This document shows, piece by piece, positions 1 to 13,200 of a stretch of DNA of 64,000 bases. The notes beneath the pieces are model-generated. The model saw only the letters and a program-made list of their open reading frames with translations, did no database searches and was not told where the DNA came from. Source of the DNA: Tubiluchus corallicola (taxonomy: Eukaryota; Animalia; Priapulida); NCBI GenBank assembly GCA_030141605.1, contig JAQGDQ010000932.1:1-64000 (forward strand), read 5' to 3'. Position 1 is the stretch's first letter, and each line of letters starts with the position of its first letter. The translations under genes were made by a program, and so were the position numbers.

Positions 1-575
1 TTCATTTTATTTAACTTATTTTGGTAATTTAATATTTCTAATGTTAATAAAAAATAGTAAAAAATGTATTTTTGTACTGGATAGACTTTTGTTTAACTCG
101 AGCCCTTCTCTGATCTGCTTACTTAGAGTAGACATGCTCCACATGTAGTACTTCAAAATCATAGTAGGACATACCTAAGAAACTCTTCTTCTTGCATTCT
201 CTTTACAAGCCTCACATGTCTCATAAGGAGCGAGTTTACCCATTAATTTTATTAGCCGTTTTTTGTGATCGCCAATTCGATCGCCGGTACATGCAATTAG
301 TTATCATTTAGATAACAAAACATTTTTTAAAGAAAACTGTTATTCTGTAATGAGCAAAAGTACTTAAATGTACGTCATGAAAATTTGCAATTAATACAAA
401 TGTTTAACAGCGAATCGTTTTACATAGCTGTATTAGATGTATTATTTACAATCATACGTGTATATGCCACACAGCTTACATATGTAGATTTACAGCGATG
501 CGATTTTATAGAAACATTATTTGCAGATGTGTGTGATTTCAGTCTATTGCACTAAGTTGCTAATTACAACAGCAG
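1..575. repeat. Inverted copy of ~6385-7056 (annexin 3' flank), truncated by the window start
   Basis: 1-16 TTCATTTTATTTAACT is the reverse complement of 7041-7056. Similarity continues colinearly to ~575/6385 with one ~120 bp indel. Confidence 0.85.
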
Positions 576-1784
576 ATTTTAATATGAGCAGTTGTACTTC
601 GCGGCTTAGCATAATGAATAACCACAGTCATATTTGTCATCAAAAATGAAATATTTTGTTTAACATGCCCTTCAAAATTGCTTTAAAGTATTTTGTTCAA
701 CTATATACAGACCCAATACACAGATATCTTTATACTCATTTTGACACTTGCTGTGGTTTTAATTTTGGTAGTTGTTGTTGTGTAAGGAACCCAAAATTAG
801 GGTAGATCACACTCGCAACCTCTAAACAACTATTCGTGACACTTGCACTTTTACTACAATGATTATAACGATTTGAGGCTGACCTGAGAATGATCAGGTT
901 CAATAATGACACTTAGTGGCCTCGTTCACGAGTAGTTTAAGTGTGTAAAAGTGACGGGGCACTTCGTGCTAACTGCGGAATTTACCTGATCGGATTGTTA
1001 GTTCATCAAGAATAGCTACAAATATTAGCAGTAAGTTATGGTTAGACTTTCCTTACCTTTACAATTTAAACTTGAATTGAAAACAGTAGAGAGGATATAG
1101 ATAAATAGATAGTTGGATAGAGTTAGAGAGAGATAGAAAGAGAGACTGAGATGGACGAACAAAAAGAGAAAGACAGGGGGAGAGACAGATAGGGGAGAAG
1201 CTTTTCTGACACTGTGGCTATTTAATCAGATTAATTTAAGCATATTTAACACGCTTCAATACGTCACTCTTACGTTAGCTAAAAGTCAGTGACTGTAGGC
1301 GTGAGTATGCAGATATTGCGGGTGTGCTGCCATCTATAGCCCGCGAGTTCTCGACTTTAAATTAAATGTTTCTTAGCTACGCTTATGCAAATGCGTCATG
1401 GCTGTGGCCTACCTAACAACTGCGTGGTACCAACTGCTGGATTCTCATAAAAAATCGATCAAAAGTTTTCAGTCAAAAAACTATAGCACACTACGTATAG
1501 CAATAAAAAATTCTAACATGTAAAGTATGAATTTACAAATTTACGTTGAACACGCTTGGACGTATGTCTGCTTCTTCAACTTATAAGCTATTTGTTATAC
1601 AAATGATTCTTAGATGAGATGAACGGTGGCTTTAAATCCCGGTGATACAGGAACTGTTACATCATTTAAAAGTTTTGATCAGTCGAAAGATGCAGAAAAA
1701 CTGAGAAATACAGTGACTGGACCTGGTAAGTTATTACGTGTGAACATATTCTAATTTCCAGGCAAAAAATTTGTAGTTAGATAG

Positions 1785-2090
1785 TCTATATGGAGAGATA
1801 GGTGGATCGCACATGGGTGGATGTATGGGTGGACGGAAGGATGGACGGATAGATACACGGATGGGTGGATGAATAGATGGATAAATAGACGGATGGATAG
1901 ATGGATGGATGGATGGATGGATTGATGAATGAATGGATGGATGGATGGACGGACAGACAGGTGCATGGATGAGTGGTTTGACACATACGACAGAAGGATT
2001 TATAGTCAGATGCATAAGCATTCATAGGTAGTTGCGTAGGTAGTCTACATGGACACATAGCAGACATACACAGATATACAGACAGACAGA
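1785..2090. repeat. (GGAT)n/(GACA)n simple repeat
   Basis: Direct reading; this repeat is the source of the spurious SIHP ORFs. Confidence 0.9.
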
Positions 2091-4571
2091 CAAATGGAAA
2101 GTATCGAAATACGAAGCCAAAATATAATAATTTATAGTTTCCTTAATTGAAACAGAAATTTATTGAAGCAATGAAAGTACAATCTAAAAACCTGGAGTCA
2201 CTCCTACAACCCGTGTGAAAATTTCTTGGCTGTTTGCTTTGAAACGTGAGTTTAGAACACGATGAACTCTAGTGTTAAAAATATTGTGCTTACACTTCTA
2301 AGAGATTAAGTCAGATGTAATTATTTGTAGTGTCTTTCTTGTTTCATTTTAAGCCCAAGTGCATAGTTTATTGATGCAATTTAGTCATCTCAAGATTTGT
2401 AAACATTTCAATAAAAATATCACAGTTACATTATGCAATTGCATTAAAATTTTATTTATGATGCTTTTCCTAAATTTTGAATATTAACTAAAGAAAAAAC
2501 ATTATAAATCATAAATTGACAACTGCAAATTGTTAATCATTACACCATAAACAATGACTTCAGTGAATTTGGTAAATTGTGTAGCACAAAGAGCATTGTA
2601 CTAGATTATTTTGCACTACATATACTTTTTTCAACTTTGTAGCAGAACGAAAATCAGAATAACCTTGCCTGAAACAACACGATAAATAATTATTTTGTCA
2701 TCGAACCAAGTTATATCATTGGTTTTTTTATTTGTAAAAATGGATAATAATTATATTAACAATAAACTTATTATTATCATTAATTTTATTCCAGTCCAAC
2801 TGTCCACAAGAATTTTATTCTAATCCTAATATTTTAATAAACTGCTGTGTAAAAATAAACTCAACATGTTGTTGTCATGTAGAATCAAATGCTAATGAAA
2901 AACGGTTAAAGTTCTGATTGATATTAAAAGTCTTACTCTGATTCAACTAACCGAAACATGACAAACTTAAAAATGCTCACATATGTTTAATCAGCAAGAC
3001 TACAGCTAATATGTTATAGTTTATGTGTCCTATGGGGTTCATATATTTTTTGTCAAGGCTAATAAAATGAAGCTGTCACTAAGAATTATCACATTAGGAT
3101 TATAGTTATGCTTCAGGGAGTTTCTCTGTGTTTAATAATTCATTAATTTTTCTAGCAGAATAAAGTTACTATATCAGAGAAGTAAAGACCTTTTTTGCCA
3201 AGGCCCACGCTTTTACAGCATGTATTGTTAAAGACAATCATTTCTACCAGCTGACTACCTATCCGTGCCAAGATCAAATGCTGTAATGTAGTAATAACAG
3301 CTTTATTTTTAGCCCAGCTGTGTACGGCAGCATCACAACAAGCTGCGGGTGCACTCTGTTACATCATCAACCTGAGCTGTGCTAGTTCAATTTCTTCACC
3401 GGGAGAGACATAGACATAGTGCAGCACAATCCACATGTCATTAATTTACTCGTTACATTTAATGTGTTCAACACGTGACATTAATGTCAAAACACTGTCT
3501 TGTCATTTCTACCTACTTACCATAGGTCTTAAGTGTTTCCTTGTAATACCACGAAAAGCTGTAATTTTTATCATGATCAATTTCGCTCTCCATTGTGCGA
3601 CCATTGTGATCTTCCCATGCCTTGATGCATTTGCCCATGCGTTCATGGCTCCTGCAGGCAAATAATGCAGCCAGCAGAGTCAGATCAAAATGATACACAA
3701 AATATTTGACATCATCAGCCTCCCCAGTATCGGGCCGTATAGGATCCTGTAAACAAAGAAATTTTTTACACTGAAAAATGTTTAATGTAGACTTTCACCT
3801 ACAATCAAAGTTTGCCTATACAAACAATATGGACGGGAGAAAAACTAAAGTGGTGTTTTTAGGAGTAATTGAACTTGGCTGGGGCCGAACAGCTTTAGTA
3901 CTCTCTCAGTAAAAACCTTGGAAACCATGTTAATCAGCATTTGCTTTAAGTTGTGTGTTGTCTGCTCGCGCAAATTTTCTAATCACTATCCTATTAGGCC
4001 AAAAAAAGACGAAACATGCGATGCATTTCAGGACATTCAAGCACAAGTGCATATTAAAGAATCAAACATAATGCATAAAACTTGGGCTCAACCTATAATA
4101 ATCATGATTCGTACGTACAACAAAGAAATACGACAGTAACGTCATAAAATCTCCTGTTTGTATTTCTCCTTTAACCAGATTTTTAAACGCCCACTTTGTA
4201 CCTAAAAATGTGTAAAAACAATAATTATTCCATGCCGGCGTCAGTTAAATAGATAAAATGCACTAAAGTACATCTGAGAACTGCACAATGCATTATGGTG
4301 AATAGACGGTAGATGAATAGATAAACATATTAATAGATGAATATATGAATATTAAACTCAAGAAAATTGGCTGGCACTGAAAAACTGATGGACATTTCAA
4401 TGCTAATAGATATACCACATTGAAATACCAATGCCACTCTCATCACACATCTTCGGAATTTTTCAAGGCGATATTTTTCAGAACCACATATGTGAACTAC
4501 GAGATCTTTTTTTGGAAACTGACTGTCTTAAATCTGCGGCCTAGAGGGCCTTTGTGGTGCGTGTGGACATT
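2091..4571 (-). pseudogene. Near-identical direct duplicate of 8657-11140 carrying annexin exons 5 and 6 (orphan exons)
   Basis: Offset is ~6566 with only scattered substitutions and small indels. The exon 6 copy (3746-3521) is intact. The exon 5 copy (4533-4429) has an 11-nt deletion between AACTACG direct repeats, causing a frameshift. Confidence 0.9.
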
Positions 4572-5179
4572 GTTACACGGGCGTAACAATTAGTGGAGCA
4601 AAGAGCAACTGCCCCTCAAGCAGATTTTTCAAAATTTGCACCTTTTCAACAACGAAGTCAATACTCTATTCGACCAACTTGTCCCAGGTGTTTTTGAAAT
4701 TATGCAAACCATTTGTCAATGTTGACTGATTGAACCAAGGATCAAATTGTCTCAAGTCTAATTATTTTAATAATATTGTTTTCATACGATTGTCTAGCAG
4801 CAGGTCTAGGGTCAATCATGCATCAAAATGTCAAGTTTCAATATTTTTACGTTTTATTACACATAAACATTAGGAATTCTTTCATTTTATATATATATAT
4901 TTATATATTACATATTATATGTATATATATTACTTGTTATTTACAAAATGAAAATGCTTATATATATATATGTATATATATATACATATAAATATGTATA
5001 ATATATAATACACACATATATATATATATATATATTACTTGTTATTTCACAATCAGAGCATTTACAAGCTTGCCTTCTTTAGTGTCCTGCCACACAAATC
5101 ATTTAACTAGGTATCCAATTAATGCAAAACTGGAACCAATCTTAAACTGTGGCTCAAAACAATCCACTCTTTTAAACAT

Positions 5180-5735
5180 TGAAAGAAAACACAATTTTTT
5201 TCAAAAATGACTTACGTGAAAGAATTACTACCACGCAAACACAATTTCACGTTCGTGTCACTAGTTCTTCACAGTTACATAAGTTGTGCCATTTCCTATT
5301 TAGATGGGCACTAGCACCTGCATTTCTGTAATACATTACACGAAAAACATGTGCTGTACCTCTTGGTTTAGATGCGTTAGTTTGTGACGAACTACACATG
5401 TTTGACAGCTCGTGCATGAACACAGTAGTAAATTTGGATTTTTATCTTAAAACTTGCCTAGTTTTATTACAGCACAGTGAATATCTTACAGTAGCACAGC
5501 ACTTCAATTTTCGCTTTCGCAAATACGCAACACACTCAAGGTATATTTTTGCTGTTGAAAATTATGTTAACTTATGATGTCATCAATTGTAGGGCTCGCC
5601 CGCTATTAATTAAGCTTTTAATCTATTATTTAATTATCAGAAACGCGTTTCCAGTAATAACTGTGTTAAAATGTATACTTTTTATCAGACTTGAAAATGG
5701 GGTAGTATATGAAAAATCATCCTGCCTTCCCTTTT
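5180..5735. mobile_element. MITE family (AAAGG..CCTTT ends, possibly Kolobok-like); other copies at ~52565-53123, ~25797-26310 (reverse) and ~57575-57820
   Basis: Shared sequence AATGACTTACGTGAAAGAATTA...GGGGTAGTATATGAAAAATCATCCTG across the dispersed copies. The superfamily call is inference. Confidence 0.75.
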
Positions 5736-7287
5736 CAAACTTTGCTTCCGATTGAGTATTTCACCTCTTGATAACTACTGAGTTATTGAAATCTCTGTAT
5801 TTTAATGTACGAGTTGCATTTGGGTTATTATTATTATTATTTTTTATTAATATTATTATTATTATTTATATTATTATTATTATTATCATTATTATTATTA
5901 ACTGGACTGGGCATTAGCCGTACAGTGAATGAAATAAGCTACATCAGTTAGTTAACATTTTTTACTAAACTAAACTCTGTAGCGAAACGGCTAGGTAATT
6001 TATGCTTTTTCACATATCTCCATAGTTATAATAAATTTATGTATGTAGGATTCAAGAAAGTAAATCAGCCAAAAACGGAAGATGTTATAAACCAGTAGTT
6101 GTGTTCAGCACACCACATATACTTATAGAGTGTAAACGTACATAAGAGCTACAGTAATATCACCCTTTACACTTTTTTGTCACGACTTGCAACGTGAAAT
6201 TATTTTTGATAAGTACCTATTTGCATAGACAAGTTGGTGGTTTTGAACAATTTCATTTTTATTTTTCAGGATTTTTTAATTTTAATTAAATTTTAACATT
6301 TTGTTTTATATATAAAGGAAAACCTGAACAATATTATGCTCTAAAATACTTAAAACTACAACAGTTTTTTTTAAATCAAAGCTTCATTAACAACTTAGTG
6401 CAATAGACTGAAATCACACACATCTACAAATGTTTCTATAAAATGGTCTCGCTGTAAATCTACAATCGTCTGTGGGATGTTCACGTCTGATTGCAAATAA
6501 TACGTCAAATACAGCTAGGTAAAACGATTTGCTGCTAAACATTTGTATTAATTGCAAATTTTCATGATGTACATTTAAGTACTTTTGTTCATTACAGAAA
6601 AACAGATTTCTTTAAAAAATGTTTTGTTAACTAAATGATAACTAATTGCATGTTCCTAATTATAGTAAAATGGCTTGTTTAAAAATTGCTTTTTAATGTT
6701 TAGGAGATATTTGTGTTGTGATTTTTATTACATAAATAAATTGTGTACTGTAAACACCACAAAGGCGCTCATTGTCGTGTTGACGATGACCAAAAAACGG
6801 CCAGTGAAATTAACGATCAAACTCGCTCCTTATGAGACATGTGAGGCTTGTAAAGAGAAAGCAAGAAGAAGAGTTTCTTAGGTATGTCCTACTATGATTT
6901 TTGAGTAATACATGAGGAGCATGTCTACTCTAAGTAAGCAGGTCAGAGAAGGGCACGAGTTAAACAAAAGTCTAACAAACTATAAAAATACATTTTTTAC
7001 TATTTTTTATTAACATTAGAAATATTAAATTGCCAAAATAAGTTAAATAAAATGAATCTTCAAATAAGAAACTGTTTCATGTGACATTGTAAAATATAGC
7101 TATTGGTAAAATGAAGTAAAGCAATTTCTTTAATACACTCATATGTAGTTAACATTGTGAAGTTGTGGAAAAACACGCATTTAGTCTTCGTATATATGAA
7201 AAACATCTGCTGAAAAGTTATCCTTTTTTGTACGAGATAGTTAAAACTGGTTGTTGTTGTCGCTGTTGATGTTGGTACATTGCATCA

Positions 7288-10200
7288 TTAGTCGATTAAA
7301 TTGAGCAGAAACGTTCTGTAGTCGCCTGAAGTATCACCCTGTAACGGAGAAAAATGGGTATTACTCTTCTTGCTCTCTCTCTCTCTTTCCCCCTCTCTCT
7401 CCACACACACACTCCCTCGCCCTCTCCCCTCTTCCTGTCTCTCCAACTCTATATATCTATCTCCTCTCCCTCGCTCCTCTTCCTCTCTCTCTTGTTTTTC
7501 AAGTTCAAATTGTAAAAATGAGGAAACTCTAAGCTCAACTTACTGCCAATATTTGCAGCTAATCTTGATAAACTAATAATCCGAGCAGCGTTAACTAGAT
7601 TCCGTAGTTAGCACGAACTGCCCCATCACTTTTGCACAACTACTGGTGAACAAAGCCACTAAGCACAGCCTCAGCGTTGCTTAGCTTTAGTCAAAAAGAA
7701 TACACCCTTGGCTATTTAGATTATCCCGTTTTATTTACATTATGCCTGTACATTAGCTAGAATCTATCGTGAATATGTTAGACCAATTCATGCAGAGTAC
7801 ACAACGAAACAGATACCGTAGCAAGGTTTGAATGTATCCCTAATAAGAATGGTAATGCAAGCATGGCCTCATGAGCCCATTCCTGCAAAGAGTCTACATA
7901 CCTCAACAGCTGCTCTCAAAGACGTCCCATACTTCTTTTGATATGCAGCCTTTATGTTTACCATGCACGTTTCACAGTTCGTAATAATAACGCGGATTAG
8001 CCCCATATCATCCGTGTCTGTTGACCACCCTACAGTAGCATCGTAAAGTCGTCTGGCCCAATAACTGTATACGTCTCTGGCTATTTCAACTACAAAATGA
8101 AATTTGCATGAGTAAAAGTAACGTATGGAGTTTCCGACTTGTAACCATTGCGTTCAGTGTTATCATACTACGAGTATTAAATTCAAATACTTGTTATAAC
8201 TGGGTAAATCAGCTAGTTTAACTAAATGAAAGAATGCACTGCCAATATTGGTGCTTTAATAACTGAACGAGATCATTTATTCCAGATAATATTCAACTGC
8301 ATCTAGAAGACAGTTTAACATTATCTTGAAAAACAAACTAAGGCCGCCATTGAGCATGTGTCTGCGCCTACGCCTCTGGTGCCGAAAATGCGGTACTACG
8401 GATGAAACTTGGCAAAATGCCCAAGGGGAAAATGATTGTACACAGCACTTGTTTGAGTATTTGTTTATATCGACAAATAGCGTTCAGCATACAGTACTTT
8501 TACGAAGTTTATACCTAGTGATGGTATCACGATAAAGATTAGTTTATTGTGAATTGAATGCGTTATTTGCTAGGTTTCTGTCTTTATTGTTCTTATTGAA
8601 AAACTGTTGTGAAATGTGTTACACCAAGATTCAGCAATTAGACCGGATGCAGCAGTCAAATGGAAAGTATCGAAATACGAAGCCAAAATATAATAATTTA
8701 TAGTTTCCTTAATTGAAACAGAAATTTATTGAAGCAATGAAAGTACAATCTAAAAACCTGGAGTCACTCCTACAACCCGTGTGAAAATTTCTTGGCTGTT
8801 TGCTTTGAAACGTGAGTTTAGAACACGATGAACTCTAGTGTTAAAAATATTGTGCTTACACTTCTAAGAGATTAAGTCAGATGTAATTATTTGTAGTGTC
8901 TTTCTTGTTTCATTTTAAGCCCAAGTGCATAGTTTATTGATGCAATTTAGTCATCTCAAGATTTGTAAACATTTCAATAAAAATATCACAGTTACATTAT
9001 GCAATTGCATTAAAATTTTATTTATGATGCTTTTCCTAAATTTTGAATATTAACTAAAGAAAAAACATTATAAATCATAAATTGACAACTGCAAATTGTT
9101 AATCATTACACCATAAACAATGACTTCAGTGAATTTGGTAAATTGTGTATTTCAAAGAGCATTGTACTAGATTATTTTGCACTACATATACTTTTTTCAA
9201 CTTTGTAGCAGAACGAAAATCAGAATAACCTTGCCTGAAACAACACGATAAATAATTATTTTGTCATCGAACCAAGTTATATCATTGGTTTTTTTATTTG
9301 TAAAAATGGATAATAATTATATTAACAATAAACTTATTATTATCATTAATTTTATTCCAGTCCAACTGTCCACAAGAATTTTATTCTAATCCTAATATTT
9401 TAATAAACTGCTGTGTAAAAATAAACTCAACATGTTGTTGTCATGTAGAATCAAATGCTAATGAAAAACGGTTAAAGTTCTGATTGATATTAAAAGTCTT
9501 ACTCTGATTCAACTAACCGAAACATGACAAACTTAAAAATGCTCACATATGTTTAATCAGCAAGACTACAGCTAATATGTTATAGTTTATGTGTCCTATG
9601 GGGTTCACATATTTTTTGTCAAGGCTAATAAATTGAAGCTGTCACTAAGAATTATCACATTAGGATTATAGTTATGCTTCAGGGAGTTTCTCTGTGTTTA
9701 ATAATTCATTAATTTTTCTAGCAGAATAAAGTTACTATATCAGAGAAGTAAAGACCTTTTTTGCCAAGGCCCACGCTTTTACAGCATGTATTGTTAAAGA
9801 CAATCATTTCTACCAGCTGACTACCTATCCGTGCCAAGATCAAATGCTGTAATGTAGTAATAACAGCTTTATTTTTAGCCCAGCTGTGTACGGCAGCATC
9901 ACAACAAGCTGCGGGTGCACTCTGTTACATCATCAACCTGAGCTGTGCTAGTTCAATTTCTTCACCGGGAGAGACATAGACATAGTGCAGCACAATCCAC
10001 ATGTCATTAATTTACTCGTTACATTTAATGTGTTCAACACGTGACATTAATGTCAAAACACTGTCTTGTCATTTCTACCTACTTACCATAGGTCTTAAGT
10101 GTTTCCTTGTAATACCACGAAAAGTTGTAATTTTTATCATGATCAATTTCGCTCTCCATTGTGCGACCATTGTGATCTTCCCATGCCTTGATGCATTTGC

Positions 10201-13200
10201 CCATGCGTTCATGGCTCCTGCAGGCAAATAATGCAGCCAGCAGAGTCAGATCAAAATGATACACAAAATATTTGACATCATCAGCCTCCCCAGTATCGGG
10301 CCGTATAGGATCCTGTAAACAAAGAAATTTTTTACACTGAAAAATGTTTAATGTAGACTTTCACCTACAATCAAAGTTTGCCTATACAAACAATATGGAC
10401 GGGAGAAAAACTAAAGTGGTGTTTTTAGGAGTAATTGAACTTGGCTGGGGCCGAACAGCTTTAGTACTCTCTCAGTAAAAACCTTGGAAACCATGTTAAT
10501 CAGCATTTGCTTTAAGTTGTGTGTTGTCTGCTCGCGCAAATTTTCTAATCACTATCCTATTAGGCCAAAAAAAGACGAAACATGCGATGCATTTCAGGAC
10601 ATTCAAGCACAAGTGCATATGAAAGAATCAAACATAATGCATAAAACTTGGGCTCAACCTATAATAATCATGATTCGTACGTACAACAAAGAAATACGAC
10701 AGTAACGTCATAAAATCTGCTGTTTGTATTTCTCCTTTAACCTGATTTTTAAACGCCCACTTTGTACCTAAAAATGTGTAAAAACAATAATTATTCCATC
10801 AGTTAAATAGATAAAATGCACTAAAGCACATCTGAGAACTGCACAATGCATTATGATGAATAGACGGTAGATGAATAGATAAACATATTAATAGATGAAT
10901 ATATGAATATTAAACTCGAGAAAATTGGCTGGCACTGAAAAACTGATGGACATTTCAATGCTAATAGATCTACCACATTGAAATACCAATGCCACTCTCA
11001 TCACACATCTTCGGAATTTTTCAAGGCGATATTTTTCAGAACCACATATGTGAACTACGGGGAAACTACGAGATCTTTTTTTGGAAACTGACTGTCTTAA
11101 ATCTGTGGCCTAGAGGGCCTTTGTGGTGCATGTGGACATTTTTTTAGACATGCAATTCAATTTTATGGTTTTAATATGATATTTTCAATAATCATATGTA
11201 CATGTCTTGAGTTATCGAGCTACTTATGCACATAGTTTCCACTTTTTGTAGTTTCCACATAGCTTTAAGAATACCTTAGGCTCAGGGTCAACAATATTTT
11301 AAGCTTTTTTGTTTATGTACTGCACTTTGCTATCAACCATTAACACAATTTTCTTTAAGGATCAATGGTTTAGGAGGTACAAATGATCTTTGGTCCTGAT
11401 AGTCACAATCTAGATGAAGAGGAAATCACTGACGTTGAGTGTAAATGCAAGTATTGGTACTGACACATTTAATACAGTAACCCACTTTTAACAACAACAA
11501 AGAAGTGGTGTTTTTAATGACGAAATGATAGCATTGTGACGTCATATTGACATCATACTTAAAAAATGTCAGCATTTTTGAAATCCATATGTTTACTTTC
11601 CTGTTAGTCAACCTAATAAATAATTTTCCTCTAGGATCTCAAATTTCTTTGTGCCCACAGACACCATCTTCGAATTAGGCTATAATGTCAAATGTACTAA
11701 GGCTGATTTTTGCAAATGTTATTCACTGTACGTGAGACCATTTTTTTGATAGAATTTGAACAGAAAAATCCTGTTGCAATTTTTTCTATGTACAACTTTA
11801 CTTGGACTATTTCGACCTACTCATAAATTTCCTCGGTAATTAATAATAATTATATTTTTGTGGCATTAAGGACCCCCTGAAAGTCTGGAAGTTATAGCAA
11901 TACACGTACCGTAGAGTTTATAAATAGCCTCTAGTTCTTCAAGAGTTCTTGTTGCGAACATCTCAACCAATGCCATCTCATCCGTGCCGTCACCCTATAC
12001 AAACAGACTGAGTAATGAAAAAATCCAAAGATATTTGGGCAGTAAAATATCATCTAAACATAGGCTACACACAAAATGTATTTGACATGAAAATTATGAG
12101 AATTAAAAGCAATATGAGTAACTTGCATGTCAAATATGATGATGATTTTGGCTTCTTGTGCGAAGAGGACGATCAGGAACTTTGATATTCTACAAAGACA
12201 ATAGATTGTTGGGAAAATGTAGGCCTATAATATCTCTGTTATCAGGTCAGGCTGTCTCAAATGTCAAGACACGGGGAATACACTCACGTCCAGGAACCAA
12301 ATTAGTGAGCTGCTACAATGCTTCCAAAGACCCTTAGCTCCAGAGTAAAATTGGACTTTTGAGTCTCGCTAAATGTGCTAATTTGGCTGTGTTTTGCTAG
12401 TTTGGCTTACGTGTACTTGGCTGTTAAATGCATAATCTGGAATGTTAACATACGTCCATTGCCCATCCGAAAAACGCTTTATCTCGATGACTAACTGAAT
12501 GCATCCGGGCATCGAGGGCATATCTGAGTTTCCATTCAATTGGTTCTAGAAATTCTTGTATTATGCTCCAATGCATCCCCTGAAATGGAGGTCAATCTCA
12601 TTTAGTATGTAATTCTGTAAACAATAATGGTTCTTTTGGTATACTCAAGATAAAGTTGACCTACGATTGTTCTGTGACAATTTACAAGTGAAAATGCATG
12701 ACAAAATTGATCTTCTATGTACCTACAGAGGCTACATAGAATCGGAGCAAGAGATCTGAAAAGACAAGAGTGAAAACTGATATTCTTCACTCGCTCAGGT
12801 CTGGTAACCAGTTTTTGGCTACATCAAATCAAATCAAGTTCATTGTTGCCTATAATATTTCAGAAATGTAAACATATAATAAAAATACACAAACATAATT
12901 TTAGTAATAAACACTGTTAATAAAGTAAATCTAAAGTTAGAGATGTGGTAGCGAACTGACATAAAAAGTCATCAATTCAGCTACCCTTTATTTGGCAACA
13001 AATTAGGTTAATTTGGACACTGGTTAACATGGCAGATAAATAATGACGTAAGTAAGGTTGTTTGTTTGTTGATAATCATCTGTAAAATCAGCTGATAATC
13101 ATTGTTATCAAATAGTTTCCATCAAAATTAAATATCTAAATAGAGCAAATTAAAAAAAGGTGAAAGGGAAGAAAATTGGTAGTTTTGAGAAGACCTAGTA

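Noticed and set aside
910-1075. Inverse similarity to ~7500-7665 as part of the large inverted duplication
   Set aside because: It is not colinear with the 1-575 / 7056-6385 mirror and is more diverged. It is better explained as a dispersed repeat fragment.
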